Source of the DNA: an uncultured Holophagales bacterium
Lineage (GTDB): Bacteria; Acidobacteriota; Thermoanaerobaculia; Multivoradales; UBA5704
Direction of reading: 5' to 3'
Length of the DNA stretch: 64,000 nucleotides
Assembly (NCBI GenBank): GCA_963741305.1
Contig: CAVUHL010000002.1
Location: 56,607 to 120,606, forward strand
Shown: positions 61,147 through 64,000 of the stretch, in pieces
How positions within the stretch are numbered: position 1 is the stretch's first letter
How the letters are laid out: every line of letters begins with the position of its first letter
Position numbers and translations under genes: made by a program
Notes under the pieces: generated by a model
Database searches by the model: none
Seen by the model: only the letters and a program-made list of their open reading frames with translations
Told to the model about the DNA's origin: nothing

Positions 61147-62941
61147 AGACTCAATCCCCCGAAGGGTCCTGCCCTAATTGCGGCTAGGAGCCTGCGCGCC
61201 AGAAAACCGGATAAGCGGGCGAAGGTACTTGCCGGCCCCTGACGCACGAGCCGCAGGAGAACGAGCGCTATGAACGCGGGGCCGGTCGAGCTGCCGCCGG
61301 ACCTCCGTCCGGCTCGCCCGCGACCTCCTGCCGCAATTCCGCTCAGCAACTCCAGCGACTGGCCGCATCGACCTCCAGCCGTGCCGCGCTTGGACTGAAG
61401 CGCCGCAGATAGCCGGGATTGCGCGGACAGCTCGGCCCCGTTCGCAACTTGGCTCAGCAAATCCTCGGCAGCCGCTCAGCTCAAGGAGCCTACGACTTGA
61501 AAAGGGGCCGCCGCAGGAAAGAAGTGCGGTGCCCCATATAGATCGCATGTGGTGAAGGAGACTTCCGACATATGCCGCTTTTGCGGTAGTTGGGGTACTT
61601 TTCTGGCGCGCCGGCTCCGGAGTTTGCCGTACGCTGGAATGGCGCCCGCATCGCAGAAGAAATGTAATGCCCCGAAGGGGTCCTGCCCTAATTGCGGCGA
61701 GCTAAGGCCCAAACAATGAACCGTCCGAGAACAGCTTCGTCTCAATCCCCCGAAGGGTCCTGTCCTAATTGCGGCCGAAAGAAGGTCTGGCTCACGCGAC
61801 TATAGTAGTTACGTCTCAATCCCCCGAAGGGTCCTGTCCTAATTGCGGCCTGGGAGATCAACGGCTTCATCGTTCACTACAATCACAATGTCTCAATCCC
61901 CCGAAGGGTCCTGTCCTAATTGCGGCAAGGTCGTGGTGGATGTTCCACCCCCCATTGGAGGAGGTTGGAAGTCTCAATCCCCCGAAGGGTCCTGTCCTAA
62001 CCCGGCCAAGCCGGAACCAAACAGGGAGGACGCATGCTACACTCTGGGTTCGGCAGGATCTGGCATCTTCACCTGTCAAGCACAGGAACAGCGAAAACAC
62101 CGATCCAAGCATTAGAAGCCTTTTTACGCCAACCGTCCTGCTGCCCACGAAGACCCTTCCCGTGATAGTGACTACGGGTAAAGGATTTTTTATGCTTCCT
62201 TTCCAAAATTCTCGCCATTTTGGCAAAGATCTCACTCTTAAGGGACTAATTGCGGCTCCAGTGGGAAGTGACGGGGGCCCCTTCGACGGACCTATCGATG
62301 TCTCAATCCCCCGAAGGGTCCTGTCCTAATTGCGGCGACATCGGCCCGACTGATGCAGGTAAGCGAGCGGTGGTACCGTCTCAATCCCCCGAAGGGTCCT
62401 GTCCTAATTGCGGCCCAATAGTTCAGGCTCAAAGCCGATGTTGCTGATTTTTAGTCTCAATCCCCCGAAGGGTCCTGTCCTAATTGCGGCGGCCCTAGGC
62501 AGATAACCGTCAGATGGACTTGTGAGGGTCTCAATCCCCCGAAGGGTCCTGTCCTAATTGCGGCGGTAGAATCCCGAACCTTTTCAAGGGAAGATATTCA
62601 GATCCGTCTCAATCCCCCGAAGGGTCCTGTCCTAATTGCGGCGTGGGACTCGCCCACCGTGTTCGTCACAATGGTGAACAATGTCTCAATCCCCCGAAGG
62701 GTCCTGTCCTAATTGCGGCTTCTTGATGTAGGCGGTGGCTCCCGCCTCGAGCCCCCGGGGTCTCAATCCCCCGAAGGGTCCTGTCCTAATTGCGGCGTTG
62801 AGTACGACGTGGCGGTGCCGGCAGACGGAATGACGTCTCAATCCCCCGAAGGGTCCTGTCCTAATTGCGGCACCAACTGCCACTCCAGATGCAGGGACCG
62901 GCTCGTCTCAATCCCCCGAAGGGTCCTGTCCTAATTGCGGC
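61147..62941 (-). CRISPR. CRISPR array 3: 13 full repeats (one split by an insertion) plus 2 degenerate distal units
   Basis: Plus-strand repeat GTCTCAATCCCCCGAAGGGTCCTGTCCTAATTGCGGC; full copies run from 61739 to 62905-62941, with spacers of 33-44 nt. A degenerate copy sits at 61664-61698. An orphan degenerate copy at 61147-61183 is separated from it by ~480 bp of non-repeat sequence. Confidence 0.93.
62001..62249. mobile_element. 249-bp insertion inside a CRISPR repeat, flanked by a CTAA direct duplication (MITE-like)
   Basis: The repeat starting at 61971 is intact for 30 nt (..CCTGTCCTAA) and resumes as CTAA-TTGCGGC at 62246-62256. The insert is AT-richer and has subterminal hairpins (CCGGC-CAA-GCCGG at 62002-62014; GCCA-TTT-TGGC at 62214-62224). 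I see no clear terminal inverted repeats and no ORF. Confidence 0.6.
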
Positions 62942-63185
62942 ACCTGCCTCTCTAACCACTTGAAGGGAAAGCACTTAGAGGTGGCCATTCCGCTAACCTC
63001 GCTTCATCGGGCTCTCGCGACTGCGTTCCGGCACCCGGTCACGTGGGCGCCTGGATTACCTATCTCCTTCATTCTGCGGATCTTACCCCAATTTCCCCGG
63101 CTTCCGCTAACCTCCCCCCATTTTGGGGCCTTCCAGAGGTTAGCGCTACCTCCGGAGAGAAGGACGTAAATTAGTTTTCAAAGAA
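62942..63185 (-). promoter_or_regulatory. CRISPR leader 3
   Basis: Same module as leaders 1 and 2: CCGCTAACCTC at 62990-63000 and 63104-63114, and an inverted copy near 63135-63145. The TTGACA position reads TTGAAA here. Confidence 0.75.
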
Positions 63186-63189
63186 CCTC

Positions 63190-64000
63190 GGGACACCAAA
63201 AGGTGAAAAACTTTTGCCCCGGTGGTTTCGCTTTCTGAAATTCTCTCGCCTTCCGGCCACCGGTCCTCAGTTTCTTGCCCGCTGCCAGTATCTCACCTCC
63301 CTTAGAGGTTGGGAAGAACCGAGGCGCTTCGGGTCCTTGCTGCGAGATTCGGCCAGAGCGGCGAAAGACAGGCAGAAGCTTCCCCATCGACGGCCCTGGC
63401 TCACCCGCAGGTGACTGAGCCTCTCCACGGACATTCGCCCTCCTCAATGAAGACACGACTGCGGGCCGATTGGTAAGTGCGACCAGGTCAACACGGTCCG
63501 AGCCGTACCTTCCCGTCGGCCGCCTGTTTCTCCGATCGTAGCCAAGCCCGTCGCCCGTCAAGGCCAAGCCTCCCCGGCACAAGGCGACCAAAGCATTCCT
63601 CTACCACCCTCGGGAGTCCCACCACGAGGCCGCCGCTTCGGCCCTCTTTCGCTCTTCAGTCTCGCCGCTCAGGAACGGCCGTCAAGGCAGACCCCTTCGG
63701 GCGGGCCCTCAAAGACCCGTCCTGGACGGCCGTCCCTTCGAGCGGCGACGGCGCTACGCGCCTCCTCCCGGGAGCCTCGAAGGGCCGGAGCGGCGGCCCC
63801 GCACCCGGCGCAACGCCGGAAGCGCTCATCCCAGAAAGGACAGGCTCACCATGATCGTGAGGAATCTCTCGACGGCCCGCCGGCAAGACACCGCGAAACG
63901 CACGGCGGGGACCCGCCCTGCCACCGTCGACGACGTGACCGATGAGCCCCCCGGGAGACCCCACGTTCTACCTCGGGACTCATCATCCCGACTGGCTGGC
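63190..64000 (-). pseudogene. second cas6-like gene or remnant, frame-broken, running off the window
   Basis: 63190-63330 aligns at nucleotide level with the 3' end of cas6 (GPEAPRFFP..GEILAAGKKLRTGG vs GPEAARFFP..GEILHLGKNPTAGCG). Upstream frames contain CAGCG and GRVFEGPP, reminiscent of the Cys-rich CPYGVLF region of the first cas6. Confidence 0.3.

Noticed and set aside
62001-62249. The idea that the 249-bp interruption in array 3 is a second internal leader, that is, two abutting arrays.
   Set aside because: It shares none of the conserved leader blocks (CCGCTAACCTC and the others). The flanking half-repeats reconstitute exactly one repeat with a 4-bp duplication, which indicates insertion.

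Overview
High-GC bacterial chromosomal segment. I did not compute composition and cannot assign taxonomy from sequence alone. The left 36 kb holds ordinary and accessory genes. These include a fatty-acid beta-oxidation pair (acyl-CoA ligase plus a FadB/FadJ-like bifunctional enzyme), crotonase, SDR, several secreted hydrolases and peptidases, an ECF sigma / S8 protease / Ser-Thr kinase-TPR cluster, cspA, two toxin-antitoxin pairs, an Mrr-like nuclease, a Uma2 nuclease, and a candidate selenocysteine (UxxC) peroxiredoxin-like gene. From just after a tRNA-Glu (36084-36159) to the window edge, about 27.5 kb is one co-directional minus-strand type III CRISPR-Cas supercluster. It has three arrays (27, 80+4 and 14+1 repeat units, about 118 spacers). 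Each array is preceded by the same ~240-bp leader module. The adaptation operon is cas2 / reverse transcriptase fused to an archaeo-eukaryotic primase-polymerase / cas1. The effector operon has a type III-D-variant-like fused-RAMP architecture: small HD-less Cas10, Cas7-Cas5 fusion, Cas11, Cas7x2 fusion, Csx19-like, Cas7 with insertion, and Cas6, plus a CARF-HEPN ancillary gene. The most unusual items are the single-polypeptide RT-PrimPol, the fused effector layout, the triplicated leader/cas6-tail module, hybrid repeats, and a 249-bp insertion that splits a repeat of array 3. Major caveat: at least 20 otherwise recognisable genes, housekeeping and cas alike, are broken by frame switches. This looks like assembly indel error rather than biology, so gene spans below are gene-level reconstructions from adjacent ORF pieces.
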